Part shown: positions 28,784 through 39,700 of the stretch, one piece after another
Numbering within the stretch: the first letter of the stretch is position 1
How the letters are laid out: each line of letters starts with the position of its first letter
Translations under genes and position numbers: made by a program
The notes under the pieces: generated by a model
Databases searched by the model: none
What the model was told of the DNA's origin: nothing
What the model saw: only the letters and a program-made list of their open reading frames with translations
Source: Giardia intestinalis
Taxonomy: Eukaryota
Direction: 5' to 3' (one strand)
Assembly: GCA_000002435.2 (NCBI GenBank)
Contig: CM018793.1
Length of the DNA stretch: 64,000 bases

Positions 28784-31306
28784 TCACGCTTCTTCGTTTT
28801 CTTCGCCCTCCTCTGCTGCTAATCTCTCAGCCTCTTCGCGCTCTCTTTTCAATCTCTTCTTCTCCTGCTCTGCTTCATACATTTGCCTTTGCTCTGCAAC
28901 AGGTAGCTCGTCCTCCTCAACCACGTCGAATGGCACCATGCACATGTCCGGCAGGTTGATGTTGCTCTCTACATTCGACAACGAGACCCCGTCTCCGAAA
29001 TACAGCAAAGAGTGCCGCTTTCCACGAGCCCCGTAAAGAAGATTGACCGAGCCGGGCCAGTTGGTGCAGTACACAGTCAAGAATGCGTCGCCATTCAATG
29101 GATCTTGGTGACAAGAAAATTGCCACTTGGACATAACTGTGTTAGAAACGGCCATGGAGTTCTGCAGATCCTTCTCATCGATATGGTACCTGCACTTCTG
29201 TGGAGCCTTAAAGTTAACACGGGTTCTGTCCTCGGCATCCAGGGGCTGAAAGAGCTGAGGCAGGGGTATATTTGTTTTGTTATCTAGTAGAGGGAGATCC
29301 CACGGGCATATCGGTCTGTGGAAGATGCGGAGCTTGGTCCACAACCTGTACATGTGATACTTGCACCAGTCGTCGTAGCTTCCCTCCTCTGGATCGGGTT
29401 TCTCCAGCTCCTCCACCTCGTAATCATCGGGCTCTATATGTAGGTCATCGGGGTCTGACGGATCTTCCTCTTCTTCCCCCTGATCTTCTCCTTCCTCCTC
29501 CCGCTTTGCCATGTACTTAGCAAATCTTTTTTCTCCTAGCTTTTCACGGAGCTCCTCCAGCTCACGCTCTTTCGCTTCCTTCTTTTCCTGCTTAATACGT
29601 TCGCGTTCCTCCTTGCGCTTCTGCTTAAGCGTCAACGCCACATCAACCTCCCAAGGCTCTGGGTCATCTATTGCTTCATAGTCTTCGTAGCTAAGAGGAT
29701 GTACACGGCCTTGGCCGGTGATTCGGGGCAGTAAGTAACGCCATTCTGTTGGAGATAGCAAGAGTCTTATGTTATTAAAGCCAGTAAAGTCCTCCGCGAG
29801 CTCTGCATATATAGCATCGCAGTTCTCCGGCTCTTCGTCTTCGCTTCGCTTGCTGAGGGAAGGAAAATGATAAAGTATCTCATGAACCTTTAGAGTCCGC
29901 GTGAGTTCCAAGAGCTTTCGTTCTTTTCGCAGTTCTATTGCACGAGCCTGCTTCTCGATTTCAGTAAGAATAGTCTCCTCCGGTTCTGGCTCCTCAACCT
30001 CAGCCACGTACATTTTATTCGGCACAATAGTACACTCATGCTGAATCCTTGCAATGACACAACGAAGAAGATGACTCTCCTTGCCGTCAAATCTGGGCAG
30101 GCTTGTATTAACAGTTCGCTGGAGGTTTCCTGTGAACATAAGGCTAGATGCCGGAAGAAGACTAGCAACACGCACTTGTTCAGGAGTTACTTCAGGTAAT
30201 GGAACAAAGGAAAGAGGCTTCTTGTAAAGGTTATGCAAAAGCTTATCTACAAAGGTTGGGCGCTGTTGAAGGCGGTTCTCCTTGCGGTACTGCTTCATGC
30301 GTTCCTCCTCCATGAGCTCGAGAGCAATCTGTGCTGCAAATTGAGAAAGTTCGAAATCTGTTGCAACAAAAAACACATCCTTATTAACCCCCTCGTGCTC
30401 CTCCATTGGTAGTCTATTTATGTGACTGAGAGGAAATGGCTTTCCACAGTATACAGGCACCTTTTTTGCTATTTTTGTTGGTACATTAAACTCCTCCTCG
30501 ATAGACTGGTCTGAATGAAGTTCTTCCTCGGCTTCTTCGGCCTCTCCTTTGTCTTCTTCGTTATCCTCACCGGCCTGATGGTTATCCTCACCAAGGTCAT
30601 CGCCTTCAGCGTCATCTTCATGAGCCTCTTGGTCGCCATCCTCTTCTGCCTTTTCTTCAGCCTCTTCAGCGTCTTCTCCTTCTCCCTTTTCTTCTCCGTC
30701 ATTAAGCTCTTCTTCAGGAACATCTTCAAGAGGTTCTTCTTCCACCTGCTCCTCTTCGGGCACCTCAAATTCTTCTGGAACCTCCTCTTCGGGCTCGATG
30801 TACGCATCTGTTTCCGCACGGAAGACCCAATAGCAGCCTATCTTTCCAAAGAGAGAAAGCTTATCGCCGTCACGCCCCTCTGAGGTGGCCAGACGACGCA
30901 TAGCTAACTGGAGTTCAGCGGCATCGTGAGAAGAGAAAGGAATGCCTACCACCTGGAGTCTGGTAGAAAGAGATACTAGGTCAGGAATGTCAGGGTACTC
31001 TGCAGGGTCCTCAGGCTCGGGCTCAGGTTCTGGCTCTTCCTCTTCTCCAGTGCCCGACGCTTCAAAAGTTTTATAAAACGAGTAAAGAAATTGGGACAGA
31101 AGGCGCTCATCCTGCTGGACTGTCCTAACCTGGTTGGATTGCTGCTTGCTTACAGCCAGTTCAGACGCCTCTGCTTCAAATTCACGATAAGTGCGCTCCT
31201 GTGGCGGCCTTTCCAAAAAGAGCTTGAGCAAGAAGCTTCCTATCTGATCGTAGGCGGAAACGTTGTACTTGTTCTTCCGCTTCAAATAGCTGATGCCCTT
31301 CTCCAT
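28784..31306 (-). CDS. Acidic protein with a radial-spoke-head (RSP4/6)-like N-terminus
   Basis: 840 aa. The N-terminal SAYDQIGSFLLKLFLERPPQ resembles the RSP4/6 motif NLYDHLxxLLxKILxERP. There are long Glu/Asp-rich low-complexity stretches (the Glu/Asp-rich C-terminal region of the protein). The coding status is clear. The family assignment is tentative. Confidence 0.5.
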   Translation of the reverse strand: MEKGISYLKRKNKYNVSAYDQIGSFLLKLFLERPPQERTYREFEAEASELAVSKQQSNQVRTVQQDERLLSQFLYSFYKTFEASGTGEEEEPEPEPEPEDPAEYPDIPDLVSLSTRLQVVGIPFSSHDAAELQLAMRRLATSEGRDGDKLSLFGKIGCYWVFRAETDAYIEPEEEVPEEFEVPEEEQVEEEPLEDVPEEELNDGEEKGEGEDAEEAEEKAEEDGDQEAHEDDAEGDDLGEDNHQAGEDNEEDKGEAEEAEEELHSDQSIEEEFNVPTKIAKKVPVYCGKPFPLSHINRLPMEEHEGVNKDVFFVATDFELSQFAAQIALELMEEERMKQYRKENRLQQRPTFVDKLLHNLYKKPLSFVPLPEVTPEQVRVASLLPASSLMFTGNLQRTVNTSLPRFDGKESHLLRCVIARIQHECTIVPNKMYVAEVEEPEPEETILTEIEKQARAIELRKERKLLELTRTLKVHEILYHFPSLSKRSEDEEPENCDAIYAELAEDFTGFNNIRLLLSPTEWRYLLPRITGQGRVHPLSYEDYEAIDDPEPWEVDVALTLKQKRKEERERIKQEKKEAKERELEELREKLGEKRFAKYMAKREEEGEDQGEEEEDPSDPDDLHIEPDDYEVEELEKPDPEEGSYDDWCKYHMYRLWTKLRIFHRPICPWDLPLLDNKTNIPLPQLFQPLDAEDRTRVNFKAPQKCRYHIDEKDLQNSMAVSNTVMSKWQFSCHQDPLNGDAFLTVYCTNWPGSVNLLYGARGKRHSLLYFGDGVSLSNVESNINLPDMCMVPFDVVEEDELPVAEQRQMYEAEQEKKRLKREREEAERLAAEEGEENEEA

Positions 31307-31360
31307 CCTGCTGCAGAAGCCAGTTTTTTAATTTCCAAATTTACTCTTAGCCAGAAGTGC

Positions 31361-32389
31361 CTATCGACAGGGAGGAAGTGGGAAAAATAGAGGGGTGTCT
31401 GGGAAGGTGAGGCCGGCAAGCTTTGTGGTGTATTCTTCTATTTCGTAGGGGTGCAGTAACTCAAGTTTCTGTTTTAAATCTAGCCCTTTACCTGGCGCAA
31501 TCTTCCAATAAGGAGTGGGGGTTCCTTGGACCCGAGAGCCGTCCATTTCTCCAGAGTGGTTCTTGCTTTGCTCCTTGTCCCATGATGGCGGGAGGCCCGC
31601 TATTTGACCAGGATTGTCTATAAAAGTAATTCTATTCTGGGGCACTTTTGGATGTACATACTCATTGAAGCGGCGCTTATTGTTTGTGTCCTTTTCTGTG
31701 AAGATTATATGATCATCTCTAAGATCGTGAAGAAACATGCAATCTTTGTTAGCGCATTGCTTACCATCTAGGAAGGAAGTGCAAAACTTTGTCGTCCCAA
31801 ATGAGCACCTAAGTAAGTTTCCACCAAGGTATGTTTCTGTAGACGATAGGATACAGTCTTTTGCACTTTCGTCCGTACTATATGTAATGTAAAGTGCATA
31901 TGTGTGCCGATGAGCTTCTATGTGTGCGTTGTGCTTGGCTACTATTTTTAGCACAGTTCCATACTTACCAAAAAAGCTAGAAGACTTCAGCTCGTCCACT
32001 GTCAGTGAATTGGGAACCCCTGTCACATAAACAAGATTACTTTGCAAGACCCGCGTTTTGCTCAATTCGCTCTTATTAATATGTGAATGGCTGGAAGAAA
32101 GAAGGGTGCTTTGCCTATGAGACTTTACAGGTCTGGAACGAGGTTTAGATTGAGGCAATCTTTTGTCGGGAAATTGCCGCATAAACTCTTCGGGAGTCAA
32201 TCTTCTATATACTTTAGGGTCATATACTGTCCTGCAATGAGGGCATTGGCCACCTTTGACTTTGTCGAAGCAGAAAGCACAGACCTGGTAATTGCAGGTA
32301 CATGGGAAGAAAAGGAGTTCATCCTGTCCAGTCATCTTATTGCAGCACAGGGGACAGGTGTTGAGGTCGTCACTCGGCTCTTCACTCAT
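31361..32389 (-). CDS. CNOT4: CCR4-NOT subunit 4-like protein (RING + RRM + C3H zinc finger)
   Basis: 342 aa. The N-terminal RING CPLCCNKMTGQDELLFFPCTCNYQVCAFCFDKVKGGQCPHCRTVY matches the CNOT4 RING (CPLCMEPLEIDDxNFFPCTCGYQICRFCWHRI...CPACRKPY). It is followed by an RRM (NLVYVTGVPNSLTVDELKSSSFFGKYGTVLKIV) and a CCCH finger (CTSFLDGKQCANKDCMFLHD). Confidence 0.8.
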   Translation of the reverse strand: MSEEPSDDLNTCPLCCNKMTGQDELLFFPCTCNYQVCAFCFDKVKGGQCPHCRTVYDPKVYRRLTPEEFMRQFPDKRLPQSKPRSRPVKSHRQSTLLSSSHSHINKSELSKTRVLQSNLVYVTGVPNSLTVDELKSSSFFGKYGTVLKIVAKHNAHIEAHRHTYALYITYSTDESAKDCILSSTETYLGGNLLRCSFGTTKFCTSFLDGKQCANKDCMFLHDLRDDHIIFTEKDTNNKRRFNEYVHPKVPQNRITFIDNPGQIAGLPPSWDKEQSKNHSGEMDGSRVQGTPTPYWKIAPGKGLDLKQKLELLHPYEIEEYTTKLAGLTFPDTPLFFPLPPCR

Positions 32390-32435
32390 CTCCGTTCCGG
32401 GAGTCTCTAACCAAATTATTAGACCTCGGTTTAAC

Positions 32436-34499
32436 TCAATTTACAGGTATGGTCGAGGCGTGCCCTGCCGCCTCGCTAATGGTATCTTCTACCATGTCCA
32501 TGCGCTGCCTTGCCTCCACTGCTTCTGCGCGCTTCATCTCTGCAAGGACAAGCTCATAAAGGAGATCTCCTTGGCTGTTCCTTAGGCTTCCCTCAAATGG
32601 AAACAGGGCTTGAATACACTCTTTCTGTCCGGCACGAATAGCTGCCACAAGAGCAGTTTGCCCGTTGTCTGCAGTCATACCCTTCTCTCGTTCTAACAGC
32701 AGACGAAGGCTGGCAAGACTCCCCTCTCGGGCAGCATACATCAGCGCCGTCCAGCCGTCCTGATCTTGCATGCAAGCCTCCCGCTCTAATAGCAACCTGA
32801 CACTGTCGTAGTGATTAGCTTGAGCAGCCAGCATCAGTGCAGTCATACCGTCTGCCTTTCGGGCTCCAGCCTCCAGAAGAAGGAGTTCTGTTGTGACGGC
32901 GTGTCCATTCTGCGCTGCCTTCATTAGAGCAGTCCATCCACTTACATGAGCAAAGACCGTGACAGACGTATGCTTCTGGATTCCGATCTCAGACAGCAAA
33001 AGCTTGACGCACTCTAAGTGCCCAGCAGATGCAGCAAACATCAATGCCGTGTCGCCCAGGTACACATGTCGCACCAAGGAGAGATTTGCGTTGACAGTGG
33101 CTGTAGCGCCCATGTGCGCGGCCCACATAAGAGGCGTCTTCTCTTGAACTTCTATGAGGTGCTGGGATTGGTATCGGAAGATCTCTGCTGCGTTTATTAA
33201 AACGTTATGTATATAGATGTGAGAGAGCAAGGCAAAGAGGAGCTGGGGGTTATTAGATGCAAGTGAGGTTGTGACGGCTTCATAGGGAGACACAGAGAGT
33301 AGCCGTATCTTGGACTCTATTACCGCCTTCTGGTTGTGTAGTGTAGAGCCAGGACTATTGAAGTGAACAAAGGACGTGGCAATATTTCCATATTCTTGAA
33401 TATCGCTATTAGAGTCTGTGGACACAACGCTTGATGGAGTGCCCGGAAGCTTCGCCTGCCTCCCGGAGGACGGCGTGTCGTCACAAGCGGTCGTAAACTT
33501 AGGCAGTTCTGCTTCAGGAGCATCGGCATCGATATCTGGAGCTGAATTAGTTTTTGGGAGGTCTAGTATTTGCGAGGGGCCGAGTGCCTGGTGCATCAAT
33601 CCCGCGTCGTGATGTTGAGGAGAAACAAAAAAGTCTGTATAACAAAGCGAGTCTGAAAGGTAGTCTGCAGGTGTCCTGCTCGCTATTATGGCATTGTAAA
33701 CCGCAGCACGGGCCGCCTGTTGGGTGGGCAGTAATGCAAATATCTCAGCAGCCGTTATGCGCTCAGTTGGATCAACGAGCAGACAGGAGTGGACCAGCCA
33801 GGTAAGCGTCTCGGAATACCCAGAAAGGGAAAGTGAGCTAAGATCGTGTGCGGCGGAACCGTAGCGTACAGTCAGCGTGGACGCAAGATCTAAAATGATG
33901 AGACCTAAAGACCAGATGTCTGCAGCAGGCCCGCTGGTTTGCCACCGCATCGTCTCTGGCGCAACATAGAGCCGCGCATCGGCGAGGCTCTTCCGGTTTG
34001 GGCGCCGCATGATGAACCGCGAAAGACTAAAAAAGGATAGCTTAAATATGTTTTGCTTCCGTAAAATCGTTGCAGGGCGAAGGTCGCAGTGGGCGGTTGG
34101 AGCCCGGCCATTGATGCGGCTGTGCAAATGGGCAAGACCTTCTGTCACGTCTCCGAGAATCTGCCATATGTCCACCTCTGGAATCTGGGACCCGTGGTTT
34201 CCGACGAGGTACTGCTCCAATGTGCCGCCAGGCATGTATTCCATCTCGACCTCGATGTGTCCCGACTCCCAATCAATCATAGGCTCGTTGAACTGAACTA
34301 TTTTATGATGCTGATATTGGAAGTACAGCCTGCACTCCTCAGCAAGGTGCACAAGGTCATCAGGAGAGGCCTCTGGCATGTCGGCCACACGCAGAGCAAT
34401 AAATCCCTCGGTCCCGCTCTTCTTGACCCGATAGAGGTACCCAAAGGACGCCTCCGCTAGAAGAGATACATCGTAGTACTGACTTGCCCGCAGCCCCAT
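32436..34499 (-). CDS. NEK-like kinase-fold protein with C-terminal ankyrin repeats, predicted pseudokinase
   Basis: 687 aa. The N-terminal kinase fold is degenerate: the Gly-loop is reduced to EASFGYLY, beta3 Lys is replaced by Arg (FIALRV), the catalytic loop reads HCDLRPAT, and DFG is replaced by SFF. At least 6 C-terminal ankyrin repeats follow (GWTALMKAAQNGHAVTTELLL, DGMTALMLAAQANHYDSVRLLL, DGWTALMYAAREGSLASLRLLL, NGQTALVAAIRAGQKECIQAL, and others). This architecture is typical of diplomonad NEK expansions. Confidence 0.8.
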   Translation of the reverse strand: MGLRASQYYDVSLLAEASFGYLYRVKKSGTEGFIALRVADMPEASPDDLVHLAEECRLYFQYQHHKIVQFNEPMIDWESGHIEVEMEYMPGGTLEQYLVGNHGSQIPEVDIWQILGDVTEGLAHLHSRINGRAPTAHCDLRPATILRKQNIFKLSFFSLSRFIMRRPNRKSLADARLYVAPETMRWQTSGPAADIWSLGLIILDLASTLTVRYGSAAHDLSSLSLSGYSETLTWLVHSCLLVDPTERITAAEIFALLPTQQAARAAVYNAIIASRTPADYLSDSLCYTDFFVSPQHHDAGLMHQALGPSQILDLPKTNSAPDIDADAPEAELPKFTTACDDTPSSGRQAKLPGTPSSVVSTDSNSDIQEYGNIATSFVHFNSPGSTLHNQKAVIESKIRLLSVSPYEAVTTSLASNNPQLLFALLSHIYIHNVLINAAEIFRYQSQHLIEVQEKTPLMWAAHMGATATVNANLSLVRHVYLGDTALMFAASAGHLECVKLLLSEIGIQKHTSVTVFAHVSGWTALMKAAQNGHAVTTELLLLEAGARKADGMTALMLAAQANHYDSVRLLLEREACMQDQDGWTALMYAAREGSLASLRLLLEREKGMTADNGQTALVAAIRAGQKECIQALFPFEGSLRNSQGDLLYELVLAEMKRAEAVEARQRMDMVEDTISEAAGHASTIPVN

Positions 34500-34582
34500 C
34501 GTCAGATCGATGCGTGTTGCAGGACTGAGGATGTGAAAAAGAAGTCGGCGTCAATTTTTTTTGAATTTTTTGATTTTTAAGG

Positions 34583-35797
34583 ATGATAGTGGCCGGCGTG
34601 ACTTTAGGGGTCACCGCTGTAGCTTTAGTTGCGCTTGGTGCCTTTTTGGCGACCAGAAGAAATGACCCTCTTACTAAAGACTTTCGAGAACAGTTGGGGG
34701 GCAAGGGTGCTGGGAAGATGTTCACCATTTCCACCGCTCTCCTCGTAGGTCTCTACGTAATAGTGTCAAGGCTCCGCCAAGACATACTCCCCATTCTGAT
34801 GAAGGCCTACTTTTGCTATGTCCTTGTAATGATGGCTATCAACTTTCTGCGTCCGTTCCTATTTAGGAGTATCTACCCCGGCTCTCTTGACAACCCTCCT
34901 CAGTATCTAGTGAAGTGGATGAAGCTTTATGCTGTAGATCTAGTCTCGGTTGCTGCTGCGCTCCCCTTGCTGCTTATCTATTGGCTTTCAGATAACTGGA
35001 TTGTCATGAACTTCTTGGCTGCTTTAGTGGCACTGTTTTCGATTGAAATCACACGCTTTAAGACACTAACTATTGCATCAATCACGTTGGTGGCGTTTTT
35101 CTTTTACGATATCTACTTTGTGTTCTTCACACCCATAATGCTTACGGTTGCAAAGAAGGTAGTCATCCCAGTCAAGATTGTGTGGCCTCGTGAGTTTTAT
35201 ACTTTTAGCATCTGGACATCATACAGTGATACGGCCAAATTTGCGCTGCTTGGCCTCGGCGACATAATTCTTCCCGGAGTATACATTGCACTTGTTTCTA
35301 GAATAGAGGCACAGATTGCCGCCACAAAAGGCCTGGTTGTAAGACCTTCGCTTACGCAGGCCTGCATCGCAGCGTATGCCGTCTCAATCATTGTAGCCAT
35401 GTGTGTTTTGTACTTCTCCCAGAAAGGACAGCCAGTACTACTTTACATTGTACCGTCGCTGCTATCAACGACCTACGGGCTCATGTATTGCAAGTATGAC
35501 AGGGACCTGCGGGATGCTGTCGTAAGTTATGTGGACGAAGATGACGATGAGATAGTACCTTTCAAACCTGGCGCTAAGTCCAAGGCCGGTGCGGCAAGGG
35601 AAGACGAGCACATTGATAACCAGGAGGGAGACAAGAGCTTATCCTGCACTGAGGAAGCTCGGACGCTCCTCGATGTTCCAGAGGTAGATACAAATGGCAT
35701 GAATGGCATGAATGGTATAACTGATAAGGATGATAGAGGTGACAGAAATGATACTCCCGCTGACAACGATAATAGCAACACAGTGGTTGACCAGTAA
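34583..35797 (+). CDS. Signal peptide peptidase (presenilin-type intramembrane aspartyl protease)
   Basis: 404 aa and polytopic. It carries the YD motif (FFYDIYFVFFTP), the GxGD motif (LGLGDIILPG) and a PAL-like motif (KGQPVLLYIVP), in the order expected for SPP/SPPL. Confidence 0.85.
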   Translation: MIVAGVTLGVTAVALVALGAFLATRRNDPLTKDFREQLGGKGAGKMFTISTALLVGLYVIVSRLRQDILPILMKAYFCYVLVMMAINFLRPFLFRSIYPGSLDNPPQYLVKWMKLYAVDLVSVAAALPLLLIYWLSDNWIVMNFLAALVALFSIEITRFKTLTIASITLVAFFFYDIYFVFFTPIMLTVAKKVVIPVKIVWPREFYTFSIWTSYSDTAKFALLGLGDIILPGVYIALVSRIEAQIAATKGLVVRPSLTQACIAAYAVSIIVAMCVLYFSQKGQPVLLYIVPSLLSTTYGLMYCKYDRDLRDAVVSYVDEDDDEIVPFKPGAKSKAGAAREDEHIDNQEGDKSLSCTEEARTLLDVPEVDTNGMNGMNGITDKDDRGDRNDTPADNDNSNTVVDQ

Positions 35798-35916
35798 ATC
35801 TAATGCTTCAGCAGAACTACTGAGTGCAGCACACCTACAGACAGGTTTGAAATTCATAAAAGATGCAATGCACGACCTAATCAGCACAAAGAGGGACAAA
35901 GACCGTAGAGGTGGGA

Positions 35917-36714
35917 CTAAGTTTGTTCGTCCAGGGCCATCGGAGGATTTAGTCCACGCTTTGCAAGTACCCGCTTAGCCGGCTTGTGTGCATCTCTGTA
36001 ATAAAGCTCAGTCATGCGATCAAACTTGGAGACGGGTATGTTGCGTGGCACGTGCTCTACGTCACAGGGGATGGTACCACCGACATCTTTATAAATCTTG
36101 TTCTCCCTCGCGTGTATCTCTGCGGGCCGCCGAAGGGGATCATCAAGCTTGATGGCTGTCTTGCTGCGCATGTATTTGGATAATTTATATGGGTCGTACT
36201 TGTTTGTGGGCATGTCCAGGCTTATATGCATGCTATTTCCTGCGTTAAGGTATTCCTGGAAGGCTGCACGGCGAAGATCAGCAGTAAACTCTGGATTTCG
36301 GTCGGCAACTTCGTTCATTATTCGCTGCTGAATGGGCAGAAAGACGTTCATTTCCCAGTCTATAAACAGTCTCTCCTTGTTGAGCTGTTTTTCGGTGTTG
36401 GCGATGGCAAGCGTGGCGTCGCAATCTCTTAGCGTCTCCTCGTTGCCTTTTGTTAGTTTCTCTTGTAGAGATCGTAGCCTTGCATTTGCCTTGTTGTGCA
36501 TGAGCTCCACCTGTCGCTTGCTGGTGAGTCGCATCTGCTCCATTCTCTGCTCATAGCCTCTCCGCATGGCCTCGGCTTTCTCACGTCTTCTGCAGTCTAA
36601 GCCATTGTCCTGTGCCACTGCACTTGTCGAAACAGCTCTCCGTTGCGGTGTGATCCAGTTGCTGGTTAAATCGGTAAAGTTTGCAGCGAGGAGTTGCTTG
36701 TCGTTTACCTGCAT
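35917..36714 (-). CDS. Hypothetical protein (265 aa), basic/charged; possibly flagellum-associated
   Basis: ORF with ATG at 36712-36714 (complement). Transcribed divergently from the LRR gene across a 62-bp spacer. No confident family. Confidence 0.6.
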   Translation of the reverse strand: MQVNDKQLLAANFTDLTSNWITPQRRAVSTSAVAQDNGLDCRRREKAEAMRRGYEQRMEQMRLTSKRQVELMHNKANARLRSLQEKLTKGNEETLRDCDATLAIANTEKQLNKERLFIDWEMNVFLPIQQRIMNEVADRNPEFTADLRRAAFQEYLNAGNSMHISLDMPTNKYDPYKLSKYMRSKTAIKLDDPLRRPAEIHARENKIYKDVGGTIPCDVEHVPRNIPVSKFDRMTELYYRDAHKPAKRVLAKRGLNPPMALDEQT

Positions 36715-36776
36715 TTACTAAAATTTAAGCTGTCTTGACATAAGAGAAAGAGGCGTGCAAGCGCGTTGACACCAGC

Positions 36777-39700
36777 ATGGATTATCTCCTTTCGGCCGCG
36801 CACAGTGAACGAGATTCTGGCTCCAACGGCTCTATCCAAGATTATCTGGACTTTGATCTTATACCGCGACCCCTGGCATCTATGCAGTCATTTTTAATGA
36901 AAGATATTCTGGACAAGCTCGTTGTGCTTAGTCTTTCTAACTGTGGACTAGAGAAAGTTCCTGCGTGTCTTCGCGCTCTTCCGTGCCTTCAAGAATTGGA
37001 TCTGTCGCGAAACAGACTGACACACTGTGCCTCTCAGTTCATCACTGCCAATCTTCCCTTCTTGAAGGTGTTAGACCTCAGTGACAACTACCTGACGGAT
37101 GTCGGGGAGCTGCAACATCTGGGAGTCCTCAATGATCTAGAAGTCCTCAATATAGAGGGCAACCCGCTACCCTTTGCAGCCAGTCGCTGCGAAGCAATTC
37201 GTGCCTTACTCTTCCAAACAGCTCACACAGAAGCATTTAGTTCTCGTGCCCGGCAACTGCATGCCACCCACCGTACAAACATCAAGTACAGCCCATTTCT
37301 TTTGTTAGGCAGCTACAAGACTATCGTCAGTGATTATCCATCTGCGGTGGCTAATGCTGTGAAGGCTTCGTTAGCCGTCAAACAAGGCTCCTATGATGCT
37401 CTAGACACTAGCGACTACTTAAAGAAGCAGCTGTCCATTGATGCTCATAAGTTGACTAATGGATCCTTCTTTAGTCGGTCTTCGTGGACTAATGAAGGCA
37501 TTGTTGTTTCAGGCCCGGGCTGCGTCCTGCTCAGTGATGCGCGCCTGGAGGCCCCCTTGGTCTACATTGGTAAGCGCGATGATATCTTCAACACATACAA
37601 TTCTTGCCTAGGTGCAACAGAGACCTATGCTAATCTTATTTATCGAAAAGCCAAAAACGCGAGCTCTGCAGCAAATACAGGGATCAACCAAGCTAAGCTT
37701 GTTAAGACTCAGCTAGATAACTGCTCAGATGAAGATCACCTGCGATTCTTCGGGTCGCTTAACTTCAGCTATCTTGACTCATATACGGACCAGCGAAATT
37801 CTCTTTCAAATACCACAAAGAGGCCTGTCTCCACAAGTGAGTATTTACGAAAAAGAGCCAGCAGCCATTCGCTCATTGTTTCAACCGCGAGTGCTGGGAT
37901 GATAGACAATTATAATATTAATCGTGCCATAGATATGCCGGCAGACATAGAAGCCAATCTAACAAAGAAAGGACAAACGCAACATTTTTTTATCAATCTG
38001 AATCAGAGGCCTCTCCATAACATAGATTCTCCGTTTCCAAGGCTCCGGATTTTGAACAATCTCATTATAACGGTGGATGACTATGACAGAGCCAAACAAC
38101 TCAATACCACGGTGCAGTACACGAACTACCTCCTTTCTCCTCGTGCTCAATTCAGATCGACTAGGCGTAGCTCTGCCACAAGACGGGGTCTCTCAGGAGA
38201 GAAAGGCAAATCACTAGGATTGCTGTCCTTTAACCGCTCTCACTGCATCCCTCCATCTGAAATACTCCAACAGAGACAGTTTGCAGATAGAGAACGGCAA
38301 AACACGCTGATGTTGGAGCAACAGGTATGCGATCATCTTAAACAATTCATTATGACAGGCGAAATTAACTCTAACGACGGGGAAGAGTCTATAGATCTTC
38401 TACAAGCCTCAAACGAAAGCATCGGTGACACTCTAGACGATGCAACAACGAAAATGGCACATACCAATCCGCCCGCTATGTTGACACAACGGACTGGGCC
38501 AACAAGTGCCTCGGCTAATGGTTTGATCAGTGGCTCGTTCGCCTCTGATCGTGATGCAGATCTCCAGCATCTTGATCAACACTTAGCGATGACCCAGCTA
38601 GCCTCTGATGCCTTCAATCCACTTCCGTCGGAACACTCGGCTATGCGCGTTTCGGAGTTAGGAGTTGCCAGGACTGGTGTTATTGGCAATTTAGCGATGG
38701 ATAAACATGTTCTAGAAGAGAATGAGCTAAAGACAAAACGAAGGTCTGGCGCCGCTGCTTTAGCTAGCTCTTCAATAGCTTTCACAAGCAATGCATTTAA
38801 AGCGCTCGCATCTTCTCAGTATGCCCACAAAGATACATTTAAGCAATCTGAGAATAAATTAGGTTGTACTCAAACACTAGGCAAAACTGAGGCAGACACA
38901 ACCGAGTATGCTTTATCATTGGCCTCCACTACTAAGTTGGGACGGACAACAGTCAATGATGACACTATGACCCATCTGCTGGAATCGACTCCAAGCGTGG
39001 GGGTCATGCATGCTCGCGCCAAGAGCCAATTTATGAAAGTACGACCGCTCAGCTCCACCCAGCAGGAGTCTTTTATGAGAACAGCTGTGGAGGCAAAAGA
39101 AGCATACCCAAGCAGACTCGAGCAAGTCACGCTAGAGTCACTGATAACAAAGCAAGCAAATGACAGGTTATCTGACCAACATCAGCAGCGTAAAAGAGAG
39201 ATTGCAGCCTCTGAGAACATGCTCCGTGCACCGGGGTTGAAGACTACAATTGGGATCATTGATGACGACGCCTTGGTGGTGCAGCGTGATACTATTGCAA
39301 AAACAGCCGAGCCCCTGGACATATTGATAAGAAATGCTGACACAACTGAAGAGTTTGACAGAATTATGAGCCTAGATGGGCAGTTTCGAGCAAGTAAGAT
39401 CAGTCCAGAATACAATACAGCATATAGCATGAAAATGTTTGGAAAATCTAATGTATCTGGTGGAGCCTCGGCCAAACCAGTCGGAACCCCTGAAGAAGCT
39501 ACAAGCGGAACAACTGTTGCCGACTCCGTGGCTGCACGCTCGATACATCCCACCGCTCAAGATGCTGACGAAGATGCGTACGTTCGTCTTGTCAAGGCAT
39601 CAATCAGTCAAAATCCACTCAAGTTGGAAACAAATGCAATCTCGTACGAAAAAATGGCCAATCCGGAATTTGCTGACAAAGATTTAATTCCCAACACGTC

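Noticed and set aside
30515-30883. 122-aa plus-strand ORF rich in Phe/Leu/Lys
   Set aside because: It is the antisense of a poly-Glu/Asp coding stretch (GAA/GAG complements read as TTC/CTC). It has no independent start context.
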